From positions 49,640-113,639 of the IMG/VR virus record IMGVR_UViG_3300010885_026047: a stretch of DNA of 64,000 nt, one strand, 5' to 3'. This stretch comes from a virus. The position numbers were made by a program, and so were the translations under genes. Under the pieces are notes generated by a model. It was given only the letters and a program-made list of their open reading frames with translations, had not been told where the DNA came from and searched no databases. Positions 17,658 to 26,714 of the stretch are shown here, in pieces; within the stretch, counting starts at the first letter, position 1; the number at the start of each line of letters is the position of its first letter.

Positions 17658-18475
17658 TGCTAAAGTTTCAAGAACAAAACCATCTATACTTTTCTCCTGA
17701 TCAACCAGACAGAAAGTGGACTTCTATCACTGCGATAGTTGGGATGTTGCATGAACCGTTTAAGAGAGAAGATACTGCTTGGAAGTGTGCTCTGAGAAAA
17801 CCTACAGACAAGTACCCGAACAAATGGTGGGGTATGACACAAGAACAGATACTTGCTGCTTGGGATGGAGAAGGTAAACGTAGCCAGGAACTCGGAAACT
17901 GGTATCACAACAAACGGGAAAGAGAACTTTGTGAGCCTGATAACCAGTTGATGTGGGGAGTAAGACCTCCAATAGTTGAAGATGGTATAAAGATATCCCG
18001 TGATCAGAAACTTGAAGATGGTATATACCCTGAACACTTAGTCTATCTTGACACTGCAGGTATCTGTGGACAGAGTGACTATGTTGAGGTTAAAGAACAC
18101 TCACTGAGGATACGAGACTACAAAACTTCCAAAGAGATCAAAAGAAAAGGTTTTGAGAGTAGTTGGTCTGGAGAGAAGATGATGACTGGTCCGGTAAAAC
18201 ATCTTGGAGACTGTGAGTACTGGCACTATGCTTTACAACTTTCTCTCTATGCTTACTGTATACAGAGACATAACCCAAGACTTACACATGTAGACTTAGC
18301 TGTAGAACATATAAAGTTTGTTTTGGAAGGAGAAGATAAGTTTGGCTATCCCATTGTTCTTAGACATATCAACGGAGACCCCGTAGTTAAAGAGATAGAA
18401 CTTGTCCAACTCCCATACTTACTGAAAGAGGTCAAAGCAGTTTTAGAGTGGCTTAAAACAAAACAAAAGGACTGA
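17657..18475 (+). CDS. PD-(D/E)XK (RecB/Cas4-like) exonuclease
   Basis: G...H, PEHLVY, GICGQSD, IRDYKT, YALQLSLYAY. Confidence 0.85.
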   Translation: MLKFQEQNHLYFSPDQPDRKWTSITAIVGMLHEPFKREDTAWKCALRKPTDKYPNKWWGMTQEQILAAWDGEGKRSQELGNWYHNKRERELCEPDNQLMWGVRPPIVEDGIKISRDQKLEDGIYPEHLVYLDTAGICGQSDYVEVKEHSLRIRDYKTSKEIKRKGFESSWSGEKMMTGPVKHLGDCEYWHYALQLSLYAYCIQRHNPRLTHVDLAVEHIKFVLEGEDKFGYPIVLRHINGDPVVKEIELVQLPYLLKEVKAVLEWLKTKQKD

Positions 18476-19587
18476 TGAGGATACAAGTAGTAGCAAGACA
18501 TAAGCAGGGTTGCGACTGGTTCAGATGTGTTCTACCAGCTATATATCTACAGAAAGATATAGAGTGGTGTAAGAACAACTCTATAGAGATGCTATGGATA
18601 GCTCACGATGAACTGAAGATAGACTGTGACATACTTATCTACAACAAACTTATAGCTACTACTATAGAACGTTTAAAGCACCTGAAGAAGAACGGCATGA
18701 AGATAGTGGTAGACGTAGACGATCACTGGATACTTCCTCCCGGACATGCTCACTACCAACAGTGGATGACTTGTACAGAACCAGGACAAACCAAGAGTAA
18801 CTCTGAACTAACTGAAGAACACATGAGACTGGCAGATGTAGTTACTTGCACATCTATGAGACTGCAGGAAGTTATCAGGAAGTTCAACAAGAACACAGTA
18901 GTTATACCAAACGCTCTCCCCTTCGGTCATGGGTTATACCAGCAGGGTATCAGGGAACCAAACGATAAGATGGTGTTTCTCTATGCCGGAGGGGTTAGTC
19001 ACTTACCTGATGTAGAACTACTAAAGGGGAAGTTTCAACGCATAGGCACTGACCCCTACTTAGTACAGAGAGCAGAGTTCGTACTTGCCGGATACGAGAA
19101 AGAGAAACAGAAGTTATACAAAACCAAACAGGACTACGAACAGAGAAATAGTAACTTTACAACCAAAGATATACATGGCCTCTATGACGATATGGTAAGT
19201 ATCTTTAAACAGACCAATAGTTACAAAGTTATAAATTCAGAACCTGTAAACAAGTATATAAGTTGTTATGATCAGGCAGATGTAGTACTTGCACCTCTGG
19301 TAGAAAACACCTGGAACTCGTTCAAGAGCAACTTAAAAGTTCTTGAAGCAAGCTCAAGAGAACTGCCGATCATATGTTCTGCAGTAGCTCCATATTCTGA
19401 CCTTAGACCTTGTGAAGGGATCATGTTTGTAGAAAAGTCATCTGACTGGATAGACTATATCAGAAAGTGTGTGAAAGAACCACAGTGGACAAAAGATATG
19501 GGTTTACAGTTAGCAAGTTGGATAAGAGAAGAGTACAACCTTGTAAGGTGGAACTTAGTAAGACAACAGTTATATAGTACTTTATAG
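18475..19587 (+). CDS. GT-B fold glycosyltransferase (GT4-like)
   Basis: G..WFR..LP, VVDVDDHW, VIPNA, ADVVLAPL.....N.FKSNLKVLEA...LPIICS. Confidence 0.85.
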   Translation: MRIQVVARHKQGCDWFRCVLPAIYLQKDIEWCKNNSIEMLWIAHDELKIDCDILIYNKLIATTIERLKHLKKNGMKIVVDVDDHWILPPGHAHYQQWMTCTEPGQTKSNSELTEEHMRLADVVTCTSMRLQEVIRKFNKNTVVIPNALPFGHGLYQQGIREPNDKMVFLYAGGVSHLPDVELLKGKFQRIGTDPYLVQRAEFVLAGYEKEKQKLYKTKQDYEQRNSNFTTKDIHGLYDDMVSIFKQTNSYKVINSEPVNKYISCYDQADVVLAPLVENTWNSFKSNLKVLEASSRELPIICSAVAPYSDLRPCEGIMFVEKSSDWIDYIRKCVKEPQWTKDMGLQLASWIREEYNLVRWNLVRQQLYSTL

Positions 19588-19588
19588 T

Positions 19589-19792
19589 ATGAACATGATA
19601 GCAAGATACAGACTAAGAGCAGCTATACAGTTCCATATCATCATGAGAGATAACGCTATCTATGCAACACATCATGGTATATGTATAGGTTCTCCAAGTC
19701 ACGATGTCTATGTTAAGATGCAAAGTGATACTGCAGAAAGAGAACAGAGATGTATAAACCGTATAGAGAAACTTTTAAAACGATATAAGTGA
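19589..19792 (+). CDS. Small hypothetical protein
   Basis: 67 aa in operon. Confidence 0.55.
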   Translation: MNMIARYRLRAAIQFHIIMRDNAIYATHHGICIGSPSHDVYVKMQSDTAEREQRCINRIEKLLKRYK

Positions 19793-20349
19793 TAAAACTG
19801 TTTGACATAAGTGGAGGTAAAGTGATCCCAAGTGAGCATGTGTATGTCATACCTCGGCTAAAGAAGATCATGGAACTATACCCAGATCAGTACCTGGAGA
19901 TATATAGTTACTTGTTCTACACTACATGTCCTGATAGTACTATGAACCCATATGTCAACCAACCTGAAGATATGAGAGAAGAGGTTATCATAGCAGACCT
20001 TGGACCATCTTTCTCTCTTGACGATAAGGTTATAGAAGAGACAAGAAAGTGGTGTGAGAAGATGTACGAGACACCTACACTACGATCCTGGAGAGGTGCC
20101 AAGAAGATGCTGGATAAGGTTGGTATATACCTGGCAGATAGCGAGATAACAGACGGTAAGGACACTAATGGTATGTTGATAGACAGGTTTATGAGCAAGC
20201 TTGGAGACTATCATGACATCTACAAGAAGATGGATAACGAAGTAAAAGAAGAACAAGCCAAAGTCCGAGGCAATGTAAAAATACCGTATTTCCAGCGACC
20301 AGGGTACATAGATAAAAAACAAGAAGACGATGATAACACTGAAGGATAA
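19789..20349 (+). CDS. Conserved crAss-like protein, candidate terminase small subunit
   Basis: MIKLFDI..GKVIPSEH...YETPTLR...KVRG resembles the gene I recall lying next to terL in crAss-like phages; the TerS role is inference. Confidence 0.55.
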   Translation: MIKLFDISGGKVIPSEHVYVIPRLKKIMELYPDQYLEIYSYLFYTTCPDSTMNPYVNQPEDMREEVIIADLGPSFSLDDKVIEETRKWCEKMYETPTLRSWRGAKKMLDKVGIYLADSEITDGKDTNGMLIDRFMSKLGDYHDIYKKMDNEVKEEQAKVRGNVKIPYFQRPGYIDKKQEDDDNTEG

Positions 20350-20378
20350 ACATCCCGTAACCGGAGAACAACTTGACG

Positions 20379-20966
20379 ATGAGTGAACCACTAGTAACTT
20401 TTATAGCTGTCTGTCACAACGAGGTAAGACATAACAGACCCTTCATAGACTCTATGCTCAGTCAGATAGACACTAACTGGAAAGCTATCGTATATCATAA
20501 TGGTCCAAACGAAAGGATGAAAGAATGGGTAGAGAGTTACCATGACGAAAGACTTATCTACATGGAGAGTGCTGTAGATGAAGGTAACTGGGGTACTGCT
20601 AACCGACAGAGAGCTATAGATACCTGTACCACATCTTATATAGTACAAACTTCTATACAAGACTACTGGCTACCCCAAGCCGTGAAGTATATCAACGAGA
20701 CTATAGTAAAACATGACCCGCAGATAATGGTATGGGATAGCATCAACCACTTAGTAGGACCTTGTCTGAAGTTGGATGGTCAACTTGCATGGAGTAAGTG
20801 TGACTGGGGTCAGTTTGCTTTAAAGACATGGATAGCTAAGAAGGTAGGTATAAAAAGAGGCGATGTGTATTGTGGAGACTGGGCTTTTGTAGAAGAGGTA
20901 CTGAAGTCAGGATATATAAGTAAACAACCTATAAAACTCGGAGCAATCCTGACATGTCATAACTAG
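20379..20966 (+). CDS. GT-A fold glycosyltransferase (GT2-like)
   Basis: LVTFI..., SMLSQ...W..IV, N.G..NR...I, GDW.F. Confidence 0.75.
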   Translation: MSEPLVTFIAVCHNEVRHNRPFIDSMLSQIDTNWKAIVYHNGPNERMKEWVESYHDERLIYMESAVDEGNWGTANRQRAIDTCTTSYIVQTSIQDYWLPQAVKYINETIVKHDPQIMVWDSINHLVGPCLKLDGQLAWSKCDWGQFALKTWIAKKVGIKRGDVYCGDWAFVEEVLKSGYISKQPIKLGAILTCHN

Positions 20967-20971
20967 AAACT

Positions 20972-21109
20972 ATGAAAGAAGTAGGAGATACTATAACTAT
21001 AAAAGCTGATGATGGAAGTCAGGAAACTGGAACTATCTATGCAATAGTTTCTGGACACTACTGGGTAAACTTTTCTTTTGGTTCACTTGCAATACGGATA
21101 GACTTATGA
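20972..21109 (+). CDS. 45-aa SH3/KOW-like small protein (not in ORF track)
   Basis: MKEVGDTITIKADDG..ETGTI...YWVNF..*; ATGA overlap with the next gene. Confidence 0.5.
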   Translation: MKEVGDTITIKADDGSQETGTIYAIVSGHYWVNFSFGSLAIRIDL

Positions 21110-21780
21110 AGAACATACCATGTATACTTATAAATCGTGACCGACTTTCTTGTACAGAGAAGTTAGTTGATCAGTTACTCTTACTAGGTTACACAAACTT
21201 GTATATCTTAGATATGGATAGTAGTTATCCGACTCTCCTGTCTTGGTACAAAGACAACAAAAACTTCACTCTTATACAGTCAGAGAACACCGGACACAAA
21301 ACTTTGTGGGAGAAAAACCTGTTACGTAACTTGTTTTCAGAACATGAGTGGGTTGCAGTTACAGACTCCGATATAGCTTTGTCTCCAGATACACCAAAAG
21401 GTTTTATAGAGCAGATGATAACTGTAGCTAAGGACTTCAGAACAGATAAAGTTGGTTTGGCTATAAAGTACAAAGACATAACAAACCCTCACTTGTTCAA
21501 GATCATAGAACCGATAGAGAGTAACTACTGGAAGAACAGGTTACCCCATCCAAGATATACTACATACTCGGCACCTGTAGACACCACTCTCTGTGTAGTG
21601 AGACCAAACAAACCTTTTCAGTACCAGGCTGTGAGGTTAGCTGACTGGTCTATACAACATCTTGACTGGTACATGGACTTTGAGAAGTTAACAGAAGAGC
21701 AGACTTACTACTTTGAACACGCAGATCCAAAGGTATCAACAACTAAACAACACTATCTGAAGTGGAAAAACAAGGGCTGA
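21106..21780 (+). CDS. GT-A fold glycosyltransferase (GT2-like)
   Basis: INRDR...LVD.L, ILD.DSSYP, VTDSD (DxD), APVDTT. Confidence 0.75.
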   Translation: MKNIPCILINRDRLSCTEKLVDQLLLLGYTNLYILDMDSSYPTLLSWYKDNKNFTLIQSENTGHKTLWEKNLLRNLFSEHEWVAVTDSDIALSPDTPKGFIEQMITVAKDFRTDKVGLAIKYKDITNPHLFKIIEPIESNYWKNRLPHPRYTTYSAPVDTTLCVVRPNKPFQYQAVRLADWSIQHLDWYMDFEKLTEEQTYYFEHADPKVSTTKQHYLKWKNKG

Positions 21781-22430
21781 TAGTCATCACGTATAGAGAT
21801 AGAGCAACACATCTATCTTGTTTGTTATCCCAGTTACAAAAGTACTGGCCTCAGTTCGATGTCTGTATCTGTGAGCAGTTGGATAGTTCCACATGGAACA
21901 AAGGTCTGTTGTACAACGTTGGGTTTAAAGAACTCGGTTATAAGTATGACTATCTGATACTACACGATGTAGACTTTATACCTGCATGGGATGAAGTAGA
22001 CTATAGCTTTACAGAAGTACCCTGTATGATAGCTGGAGCAGCTTCACAGTTTAACTATCAGTTACAGTTTCCTACTTTCTTTGGTGGAGTACTTACCTGC
22101 AGTAAAGAACACTACGAACTTGTGAACGGTTTCTCTAACCAGTTCAAAGGTTATGGGGGAGAGGACTGCAGTTTCAGAAACAGTTTTGTAGAGAAAGGTT
22201 TACAGCCAGGGGTTAAGATGGGAAGGTTTGAGTGTTTCGCACATCCTAAGCCAGACATATCCATAGGTAGTGAGTTCTGGAAGTCAGAAGACTACCAACA
22301 TAACTGGAAACTGGTACATCAACCAAGAGACTTTAACGAGGGGCTTTCAACAGTAAGTTACAAGCTAACGGAACAAACTATACAAAACAACATCACACAC
22401 TTATATATAGACACATGTCAAAGAACTTAG
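21762..22430 (+). CDS. GT7 beta-1,4-galactosyltransferase-like
   Basis: YRDR..HL, WNKGLLYNVGF, HDVD..P, FFGGV, NGFSN.F.GYGGED. Confidence 0.9.
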   Translation: MEKQGLIVITYRDRATHLSCLLSQLQKYWPQFDVCICEQLDSSTWNKGLLYNVGFKELGYKYDYLILHDVDFIPAWDEVDYSFTEVPCMIAGAASQFNYQLQFPTFFGGVLTCSKEHYELVNGFSNQFKGYGGEDCSFRNSFVEKGLQPGVKMGRFECFAHPKPDISIGSEFWKSEDYQHNWKLVHQPRDFNEGLSTVSYKLTEQTIQNNITHLYIDTCQRT

Positions 22431-23569
22431 GAGTTATCGGTATCGGCAAACTTGGACTATCTTTTGCACTACTTGCAGAAGAGTCAGGTTATACAGTTAT
22501 AGGTTGTGATAACCGACTGGACTATGTACACTCTTTGAACGAGAGAACTTACACTTGCTCAGAACCTTATATCAACCAGTATCTACAAACCTATCAGAGG
22601 TTTAGAGCAGAAGCTAACTTGTTCAATGTAGTAAACACCTGTGATATACTTTTCTGCTTTGTAGCCACACCTTCTTTACCTGATGGTTCTTATGACCACA
22701 GTGCTATAGAAAGTGTAGTAGCGGATATACAGAGACTTCACGTACAAGGTCTGCAGATGGACAACAAAGTACTGGTTATCGGTTGTACCACTATGCCGGG
22801 TTATACACAGACTGTAGCAGCTATGTTAGAGTCTACAGGTATGAAAGTAGCTTATAACCCGGAGTTTATAGCACAAGGTTCCATAGTAGACGGTTTGAGA
22901 AACGCAGATATGGTTCTGATGGGAGTGTCTGAAGACAGTACTTATCACTCCTTACAAGCTATCTATAGAACTATCATGACTAAAGAACCACTGATATCCA
23001 GGATGTCACCAACTGCTGCCGAGATAACCAAGATCTCCATCAACTGTTTTCTAACCATGAAGATAGCTTACGCAAACATGATAGGTGAGATAGCTATCAA
23101 CTCTAACTTAGAACCTGAAGTACCTACTATACTACAAGCTATAGGTTCAGATACACGGATAGGTTATAAGTATCTCAACTATGGTTTTGGATACGGTGGA
23201 CCATGTTTACCCAGAGACATGAGAGCTTTAGGTGTGTACATGGAAGATCTTGGTATCAAAGCACGTATACCTTCTGCAGTAGACAACACAAACGACTTTC
23301 ACTCTGAGTACCTGACACGATACTTTATAGCACAAAACCCAAACAAAGAAGTACCTTTCCAGTTCACACAACTTACCTACAAACGAGGTGTAGATATGTT
23401 AGTAGAGAGCCAACAGTACAAACTTTGTCTGAAGTTGTTACACATGGGATACTCAGTAGCTATAGACGAGAGCGATAACGTACTTATCCAAGTGAAACCG
23501 GAACTTGAACAGTACGGAGACAGAGTGATATATGGAGTAGTAGATAATGCATACAAGATAAGTATATGA
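22415..23569 (+). CDS. ugd: UDP-glucose/GDP-mannose 6-dehydrogenase
   Basis: GIGKLG Rossmann motif, V.TP, YNPEF, AE..K...N.FL..KI..AN, GYGGPCLPRD. Confidence 0.9.
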   Translation: MSKNLGVIGIGKLGLSFALLAEESGYTVIGCDNRLDYVHSLNERTYTCSEPYINQYLQTYQRFRAEANLFNVVNTCDILFCFVATPSLPDGSYDHSAIESVVADIQRLHVQGLQMDNKVLVIGCTTMPGYTQTVAAMLESTGMKVAYNPEFIAQGSIVDGLRNADMVLMGVSEDSTYHSLQAIYRTIMTKEPLISRMSPTAAEITKISINCFLTMKIAYANMIGEIAINSNLEPEVPTILQAIGSDTRIGYKYLNYGFGYGGPCLPRDMRALGVYMEDLGIKARIPSAVDNTNDFHSEYLTRYFIAQNPNKEVPFQFTQLTYKRGVDMLVESQQYKLCLKLLHMGYSVAIDESDNVLIQVKPELEQYGDRVIYGVVDNAYKISI

Positions 23570-23656
23570 TAGGATTTATTGCTACAAAGTACAATCTATA
23601 TGTGCTGAAACTACAGAGGAATTACAAACGAAAAATGAGACACAAACGACTGATAT

Positions 23657-24445
23657 ATGAACAGAATAACAGACTACAGCAAACTAGCAGATGATATCAC
23701 GAACTGGATACGTGACTATGCAACAACCAACAATATCAAATCACTGGTAGTAGGTGTATCTGGTGGGATAGACTCTGCAGTAGTTTCAACTTTGTGTGCG
23801 AGAACAGGATTACCTGTATGGTGTTGTGTGATAGATATACATAGCAATCGGGATCATTTGGATCTTGCCAGAACTCATATAGACTCTATACGAGAAAAAG
23901 GGATAGTGTCTTATCTATATAGTAGTCTATCTTCTACATACAACAGTTTCCTAATGGATGGACCTGTTTCTAACAGTGCTCATACGAGAGCTAACCTGAA
24001 GAGTCGATTACGGATGATATTGCTATATGCTACTGCATGTACTGAACAAGGTATAGTAGTAGGTACAGGTAACAAAGTAGAAGACTTTGGTGTAGGTTTC
24101 TATACCAAGTATGGAGACGGTGGTGTAGATATATCACCTATAGCAGACCTGTATAAGACTGAGGTGAGAGAACTTGGTAGATATCTGGGTATATCACAAG
24201 AGATACTTGACGCTGCACCTACAGACGGACTATGGGGAGAGAACCAAAAAACTGACGAAGAGTGTCTTGGTGCAACTTACGAAGAGCTTGAGTGGGCTAT
24301 GGAAGAGTTTGTAGATACTGGAGAACCCTTACATAGTATGTACTATACAGACAGAGAAAATGAGGTACTTACTATCTACAAGAAACTTAACAAACAGAAC
24401 CAACACAAGATGTTACCTATACCTGTATATAAACTGAACCAATGA
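23657..24445 (+). CDS. nadE: NH3-dependent NAD+ synthetase
   Basis: GVSGGIDSAV, NLKSRLRM, GTGNKVE, YTKYGDGG.D..PIADLYKTEV, PTDGLW.....DE..LG..Y. Confidence 0.93.
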   Translation: MNRITDYSKLADDITNWIRDYATTNNIKSLVVGVSGGIDSAVVSTLCARTGLPVWCCVIDIHSNRDHLDLARTHIDSIREKGIVSYLYSSLSSTYNSFLMDGPVSNSAHTRANLKSRLRMILLYATACTEQGIVVGTGNKVEDFGVGFYTKYGDGGVDISPIADLYKTEVRELGRYLGISQEILDAAPTDGLWGENQKTDEECLGATYEELEWAMEEFVDTGEPLHSMYYTDRENEVLTIYKKLNKQNQHKMLPIPVYKLNQ

Positions 24446-24455
24446 TAAGGTTACT

Positions 24456-25163
24456 ATGAAATTAATATTCGACATAGGTGCTAATGTAGGAGATATGACT
24501 GATGTGTATTCTCAGAAGGCTGATACTGTAGTAGCCTTTGAACCTAATCCATCTATGGTAGAAGAGTTGACCAAGAGGTTTTTTGGTAATCCTAATATCA
24601 TTATAGATAGGAGAAGCTTAGATAATAAAGTAGGTACTAATATACTTATGACCTCACCTTATGCAGCTAGTTTATCTACTTTCTCCGAGGAGTGGACTAA
24701 GAATACCAGATTTTTAGGACAGCAGTGGAATGAGCATATCGTAGTTCCTACTATCACGATAGACTCTGCTATAGAATATTACGGTGTACCAGACTATATT
24801 AAAATAGATGTAGAAGGCTATGAGTATCAGGTTATTAAAGGACTAAGTATGTTACTACCTAATACAGTTGTATGTTTTGAATGGGTAGAGGAACAATTAA
24901 GTTCAATACTGTCTATCATTACTTATGTAAACACACTGGGATACAAAGCATTTTCCTATACCAATATGGATAATGTAATGTGGGAAGAAGACCTTACCTG
25001 GGGTTCCTGGGAGAAACTTAATTTCCAGAAGAATATAGTACCTGATAGACATCTTAGGTGGGGGATGATCTACTTTAAGAAAGAGAGAAAAGAAAGTGAT
25101 CGTCCTTTTCAGTTTGATGGGGATATATATAACTTAACAGATTTTATACACATAGAGAAATAA
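24456..25163 (+). CDS. FkbM-family SAM methyltransferase
   Basis: FDIGANVG, AFEPNP, IKIDVEGYE..V..G. Confidence 0.9.
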   Translation: MKLIFDIGANVGDMTDVYSQKADTVVAFEPNPSMVEELTKRFFGNPNIIIDRRSLDNKVGTNILMTSPYAASLSTFSEEWTKNTRFLGQQWNEHIVVPTITIDSAIEYYGVPDYIKIDVEGYEYQVIKGLSMLLPNTVVCFEWVEEQLSSILSIITYVNTLGYKAFSYTNMDNVMWEEDLTWGSWEKLNFQKNIVPDRHLRWGMIYFKKERKESDRPFQFDGDIYNLTDFIHIEK

Positions 25164-25172
25164 ACTACAAAA

Positions 25173-26714
25173 ATGGACAATAGAAAGATCTCCATATGTA
25201 TACCTTCATGGAATAGGTATCAACTTACTATTGATTCTGTCATTCAGGTAATAGATGATAGTAGAATAAGTGAGATAGTTATAGTTGATGACTGCAGTAC
25301 TAATGGTGAAGGTGTTAGGCTACAAGAGTCCTACAGTGGTAACCCAAAAGTGAAGTTCTACACAAACCCTGTTAACTTAGACTGTTACCGGAACAAACAC
25401 GAAGCAGTACACAAAGCAAGTAACGAGTGGTGTATACTATTTGATAGTGACAACGTTCTGACTACACAGTATATAGATACTTTGTTTGCTATATCTGACT
25501 GGGACAAACAGACTATCTATCAACCTTCTTTTGCAAGACCTCACTTTGACTTCAGACCACATGCAGGTATAACTTTCACTTACGAGAACATAGCTGACTA
25601 TATACATACCAATGTTATGACAGCTATGAACGCTATGAACTTCTTCATAAACAGAAGTGAGTATCTTAGAGTTTGGGACGGTTCTATAGACCCTGTTACC
25701 AGTGACAGTATCTACTTCAACTACTGTTGGTTACTGGCAAGAAACAAGTTCTACATAACACCGGGACTTGAGTACGACCACTTAGTACACAGAGGTCACT
25801 ACCAGGATAACGTACATAGAACCGGAAACTTTCACAACGAACTACTTGAAAAGATAAGACATATCAGAAACCATATGCCACAGATAGAAACAGTACAAGA
25901 ATCAGTTATAGAGCAAGTCACAAACGCTGTAGAAGTGTCAGACAAGATAAGTATGGATACTATCTACGCTGCTTATGTGAACCTATCTATCCGACCAGAC
26001 AGGAATGAGCACATGATACGAGAGTTGACAAGAGTAGGTTTACCTATAGAACGGTTTAACGCTTTTACACCTGACGAGGTCTACAAGTTTATACCTGCAG
26101 ACAAGTTACAAGCTATGGAACGAAGAGGTACGAGAGGTGCTATAGGATGCCACTACGGACAAGTAGCTATCATGGAAGAAGCACTGAAGAGAGGTCAGTC
26201 AGCTTGGGTTCAAGAAGACGATCTCGTTTACTGTGACGATATACAAGACCGGTTAAAAGTTATCTTCGACTATCTGAACACTCATGAATGGGATATCTTC
26301 TGGTTAGGTGGAACGTATCATAAAGACGCAACATGGCACAAGTCAGAGAACGGCAGACACACTCACCCTGATCTGCAGATGTGTACCTGTACGTTGAACA
26401 GAGACTGGGAACCTACAGATAACCAGGATATAGTTAGAACCTATGGAGCTTTTAGTACACATAGTTATATAGTAAACGTAAAGAGTTTACCAAAGATCCT
26501 TGACCTGTTAGACCAAAACGTTTACAGGAGCATGGGCATCGACTGGATCATGCTTTTGATACAACCAGAGCTACACACCTTTGCTCACAGTTACGGTTGT
26601 GCTAAACAGTTTGATAACCAGAGCAACATAGGTTCAGGTATAAGTTACTTTTCCGGCTTCGTTAACTTAGGCTCACATTGGTTTTTAAAAGATATGAAGG
26701 ATGCAAATAGATAG
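25173..26714 (+). CDS. GT2 + GT25 fusion glycosyltransferase
   Basis: N-terminal ISICIP.WNR, IVDDCST, FDSDN; C-terminal YVNL..RPDR, GAIGC..G, QEDD, STHSYIV. Confidence 0.85.
   Translation: MDNRKISICIPSWNRYQLTIDSVIQVIDDSRISEIVIVDDCSTNGEGVRLQESYSGNPKVKFYTNPVNLDCYRNKHEAVHKASNEWCILFDSDNVLTTQYIDTLFAISDWDKQTIYQPSFARPHFDFRPHAGITFTYENIADYIHTNVMTAMNAMNFFINRSEYLRVWDGSIDPVTSDSIYFNYCWLLARNKFYITPGLEYDHLVHRGHYQDNVHRTGNFHNELLEKIRHIRNHMPQIETVQESVIEQVTNAVEVSDKISMDTIYAAYVNLSIRPDRNEHMIRELTRVGLPIERFNAFTPDEVYKFIPADKLQAMERRGTRGAIGCHYGQVAIMEEALKRGQSAWVQEDDLVYCDDIQDRLKVIFDYLNTHEWDIFWLGGTYHKDATWHKSENGRHTHPDLQMCTCTLNRDWEPTDNQDIVRTYGAFSTHSYIVNVKSLPKILDLLDQNVYRSMGIDWIMLLIQPELHTFAHSYGCAKQFDNQSNIGSGISYFSGFVNLGSHWFLKDMKDANR

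Noticed and set aside
17657-18475. Cas4 as part of a CRISPR system
   Set aside because: No Fe-S cysteine set, no other cas genes and no array; it reads as an ordinary phage PD-(D/E)XK exonuclease.
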